In this document: positions 59,370 through 64,000 of the stretch, in pieces | Layout: each line of letters starts with the position of its first letter | Numbering within the stretch: the stretch's first letter is position 1 | Assembly: GCA_012295275.1 (NCBI GenBank) | Contig: CM022668.1 | Span: forward strand, 11,532,001 to 11,596,000 | Length of the DNA: 64,000 nucleotides | Direction of reading: 5' to 3' | Source of the DNA: Chrysomallon squamiferum | Lineage: Eukaryota > Animalia > Mollusca | Made by a program: the position numbers and the translations under genes | The notes under the pieces: generated by a model | Seen by the model: only the letters and a program-made list of their open reading frames with translations | Database searches by the model: none | What the model was told of the DNA's origin: nothing

Positions 59370-60502
59370 TAATAATTTTAATATCAAAAACCACACTGCT
59401 TTTACTACTGTATGTCAAAGTAAAATGTCTGAACACACACTAATGCAAAGGTAGTCAAAGGTAGACCTAAGATGAGGTTTGAAGAGGTTTGTTACTTAAT
59501 AAGGTTGAGGTTTAGACAGGTCATCAACCCTGAGGTTCTAACAGGCAAAATTTTTAAGGTCAATTTAATTAGGCTGGGACACCTTGACCAGTTTTGAGTT
59601 TGAGGGTAGAAAAAGCAAGTGGTGAGAAAAAAATTCAAGATTCAGAAAAGGTCAAATCGGCATAAACTGAGGTTGGGTGAAATAAATCAAATACTGATAG
59701 CGAGGTTGAGGTTGAGAAATGTTAATAAAGTGAAGTTCAGGCAGTAAAAGGTTCAGGCATGTCTGAAGTGGAAAAAAATTACGTAAAGACGTCACGTTTT
59801 GGGAAAGAAAAAGTAGACCACTGAACTTTTTTAGTTCAGGTTCAACACAGAGCAGTGAACCACCTTGCCATGTCAACCGTCATATTCAACAATAGTAACA
59901 ACTGTTACATGAAATTGTTATATACGAAAATATCACAAGACCGATTCGAAATCATGGGCGTTATAAAGCGTGCTATTTATACTGCTGACAAACACAGGTA
60001 TGACAAAATTAATTATAACTGTGAATCTAACAGAGTTCATTGCTCTCGGAGATAACAAAACTTGATACTGCAGTAACATTCAGGACATTGGCATTTTTTC
60101 TGGCTGATTGTTATGGAAACGTTAACATTTTTTATTTTCAACCCACTTGTATTTAAAAATGAACAGTTTCTTTTACTTCTGTGAGTCTTTGCTGGTCGTT
60201 TTGATCAGCAACAATTGCGAAAAACTAAATTATGGACCTTTGGTTACAGTTAATAAAACATCGCTCAACCGTAATGTTCATTTCTCACTCAAAGTTAATG
60301 AATGACTAAAAGCTGAAAATCTCACAAAATAAAATTGAATGAGATAATTTGATAATTTGTTTTGTCTTTTGTTTGTTTGTTTGTTTGGTTTTGCTATTGT
60401 TGTCATTTTTTTTTTCCTTTGGTTGTTATTGTTGTTATTTATGGCTTTTTCAATTCATTTAATCTAAGTAACTGCATAACTGTTTCAAATGTGTCCAGTG
60501 TC

Positions 60503-60537
<35 letters not shown>

Positions 60538-60583
60538 TCCTTGTAAATAAAGGAGTTCAGAAATTAACAAAAACAAAAATGAA

Positions 60584-60614
<31 letters not shown>

Positions 60615-62576
60615 GAGAAAATAAATAATAAAAAAAAGCAGAAATATGAACTAAAGGGAGATAACCCCTATACAGATGCAATGCATACCTTTCAATATTA
60701 TAAAATACAGATAAACATTTCTGCATCTTTTTCTTTCTTCATGCCATTTTAAAAAGAGTGGAGTTTAAAAAGATTATTGGAGATTGTTATCTTTGTCCAC
60801 ATGAGAAAACAAAAATGAAACCCAAAATAAATAAAAGTGAAAACAAAACAAAATGCCCTGAAAAATTAATAATACTACCACAAAACTGTGGATGGTTGAA
60901 CTGAAAAGAGCTAGAAACATTTATTTTTCTACTTTTTGACTTTCATTGACTTTCAATATTTTATTTATTTATTATTATTATTTTTTTTTTTTTTTTTATA
61001 TATATATATATACTCAAATTATTATAACTTCCTGGAAACATTCAAGATAATGTAAAATAAAAAAAACAAAAACATTTCAAGCAAACTAATTCTTGTCCTC
61101 CTGAATATCATTTTCATTCAATTATTTTGGACCTCAAAGCACGTTTATACTACACTGATTATTGTGACCTATGAAATACAAAATAATACCATGATACTGG
61201 AGTACAAATAAAAAAATATATGTGACCTTATGTGAATAACTTTTTTTTTTCCTACCATTTAACATACAAAATGTTAATCCTTAGAACTGTCAGTAGTCTG
61301 AAATATATTTTTTCACATTAAAACTTTCATCTGATATAGAAAGTAATGCCTATTTTGACCTACTACAGAATTTAACTTCTATTTTTTAACTTCTACAAAA
61401 AAGTAATGCTTTTATTTTGCACCTCTGTGAAGTAATTCCAAAACAAATCCTTCAAGCCTTCAACGGATAAAAAGGAATAAATATTTCTGACCTTCATAAA
61501 CAGAAGGTAATAAATTCCTTTGACCTTCAGTGGAAACATAGCAGCAAGATCATCATCAGAAAATAATGACTACATTTGACCTATCAACAAAAAGAAAATT
61601 ACTTTGACCTATCAACAAAAGGAGCAAATTACTTTGACCTATGAAAAAAAAAGGATGCAAATTATTTTGACCTACAACAGATGAAGGAACAATCTTGTCC
61701 TCCTTGACATTATAGGACCAATTTTATCTGACATTCATTTGATTGAAAGAGCTAGTCTTTGTCGCATGTAATGTAAAAGTCAAAGTCTGTTTTGACCCTT
61801 GACTGATTTCAGCAAATAAATTGACCTTCATGAGTCAAAGAACTGTTTTAATCATGTCGTGGGTCAAATATATATATATATATAAACTTTTTTTTTTTTT
61901 TTTTTGATTTATAGTTACTTTTTAAATTTAAGGACTTCCTTTGCAAATTTTATGAAGACTCTCGTGAAGTTTATGCATTTTTCTTTCAAATTTATGGATT
62001 TCTTTATTCTTATTTTCGATTTTGATTTTAAGATAATTCTTTTTCAATTATGTATGTTTTTTTTTAAATTCTAATTTTACCTTCATCTCTGCTTAATGTA
62101 CTTTTTTTTTTACTTATATTTTACTTTCAGTGTCTTAATGATATTCTGTTTCTTGGTCCTGTTTGATTTGAACAACATATCAACCCAATGATAGGTTCAT
62201 CACAGTGAATTTCCATTCTTAAATTTTTCATTCTTTAAAAATAAAAATTTTAAAAAATAAAAATAAAATAAATAAATAAAAAATATTCTTATTCTCATAA
62301 TCATTTTTCTTCATCATTCTAAAAACATTTTGAAATAAAATAAAAAATCATCATTCTAAAATTTAAATTTAAAAAATAAAATAAAAAAATAAATAACATA
62401 ATAATAATAATAATAACAATAACGACAATCATAATCATAAAAGAAAGTACACAATGAAAACCATTTCCTAGAATACTCTGAGATTGTAAAAACAAATATT
62501 CAGGGCAACACATTCAAACCTCTGGGATCGCACGCACGCACTGCGTGCATGACGAAGTATCCAGTTAGAAATTTCA

Positions 62577-62759
62577 TCACGACGTTTTGTCGTAGCTGCA
62601 CAGAGATTTCCCGATGGACAGCAAGCTGAACTGTTTCTCCGAGTGGGGACTGAGGCCTCCGTCAGTGTCGCTGCCACTGGCGCTGGAACGAGTGTCAAAC
62701 TGGCTGGTGCTACGCCAACGTCGACTGCCTCCTGGGGACATTCCGTAGTCGATGTTGTA
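62577..62759 (-). CDS. Probable terminal coding exon of an unidentified gene entering from beyond the window
   Basis: Strong acceptor tttttccttcccag, GC-rich; phase-0 frame YNIDYGMSPGGSRRWRSTSQFDTRSSASGSDTDGGLSPHSEKQFSLLSIGKSLCSYDKTS*. The frame cannot be fixed without the upstream exon. Confidence 0.65.
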   Translation of the reverse strand, partial: YNIDYGMSPGGSRRWRSTSQFDTRSSASGSDTDGGLSPHSEKQFSLLSIGKSLCSYDKTS

Positions 62760-62860
62760 CTGGGAAGGAAAAAACATTAACAGTCGATATTATAACGATT
62801 GTGTGTGATGATGAGTTGACACAGTTTGTGAAAATGATTATAATACTAATATTAATACTA

Positions 62861-62895
<35 letters not shown>

Positions 62896-63463
62896 ACTAA
62901 TACTAATACTAATACTAATATTAATACTAATAATGATGATGGTGATGATGATGATACTAATAATAATAAGGCAATGATATTTTAAAAATCATTCTGTGCC
63001 AAGATGCTCTGGATATTTTACAACTGTAATATTTTACATATTCTATAAATTTATATATTACATATAATTCTATAGGTAATATTTTATACATAAATCTGTC
63101 ACCAATAATACACATATTCTATAAATTAATATTTTACATGTAATTCTATCATAAATATTTTCACATACTAATAAATTACCATATTTGTTTTATATAATCC
63201 TATGTCTAACATTTTAAACATAATTCTATGACTGTAATATTCTGTATATCATTCTGTAATTTTTAAATATAATTCTATAAGTAATGTTTATATTTCATTC
63301 TATGCCTATAAGTTATAACATAATTAATTTCTATCACAAAATATATAGAGTTGTCGTTGTTGTTGCTGTTACCTTTGTAGCACATATGAAACAAGTTGTG
63401 ACAACCTTGGCGATAATGTTCATTAGATTTTTTGTTTCTTGTATTGTACTGTCAACCTGTGAA

Positions 63464-63570
<107 letters not shown>

Positions 63571-64000
63571 TAATAATAATAATAATAATAATAATATTCA
63601 TAATAATAATAATAAAATAATAATATTCATAACAATAACAATAATAATAATAAAAAAAATATATTAATAGAAATAATAATAAAAAATAATAATAATAATA
63701 ATGATAATGATCATTACAATAATAATAATAAAATAATAATTAATGATAATAATAAACAAATAATAATAATAATAAATAACAGCATTAATAACACTAATAA
63801 TACAATAACAATAATAATAACAATAATAACAACAATAATAATAACAATACATCAATCCCATGACACAACATTCTGTCCCTAAACATTCTGCAAAACCAAT
63901 ATTTAAAGAAAAAAAACAAAAACCAGAACCAGTATCAGATGTTAAATTATCAAAAAATTAACTATATCTTACCTATATTACATAATACATCTGACAAACA

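Overview
Very AT-rich, microsatellite-dense eukaryotic (metazoan) DNA; SINE-like fragments suggest a mollusc, probably a gastropod (inference). Read by hand across splice sites, it contains: (1) a tail-to-tail pair of small EGF-repeat (MEGF10/Draper/SREC-type) type I membrane protein genes (+ strand 335-5149, 5'-truncated; - strand 12477-8250, apparently complete), both with candidate microexons (5 nt; 12 nt + 12 nt) in the juxtamembrane stalk; (2) a compact - strand unit with a TATA/Inr/CRE/GC-box promoter and a 63-codon orphan ORF (15998-15807); (3) a two-exon Sp5/buttonhead-class zinc-finger gene (25379-25426 + 31561-32715) in a gene-poor region with several clusters of TCF/LEF motifs; (4) the last coding exon of an unidentified - strand gene (62759-62577). 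Mobile DNA includes an internally deleted Mutator-like element, a deleted Tigger/pogo element, tRNA-derived SINE fragments, a solo-LTR-like repeat and local duplications. Most ORFs in the supplied track are microsatellite artefacts. All gene models are predictions without transcript evidence.
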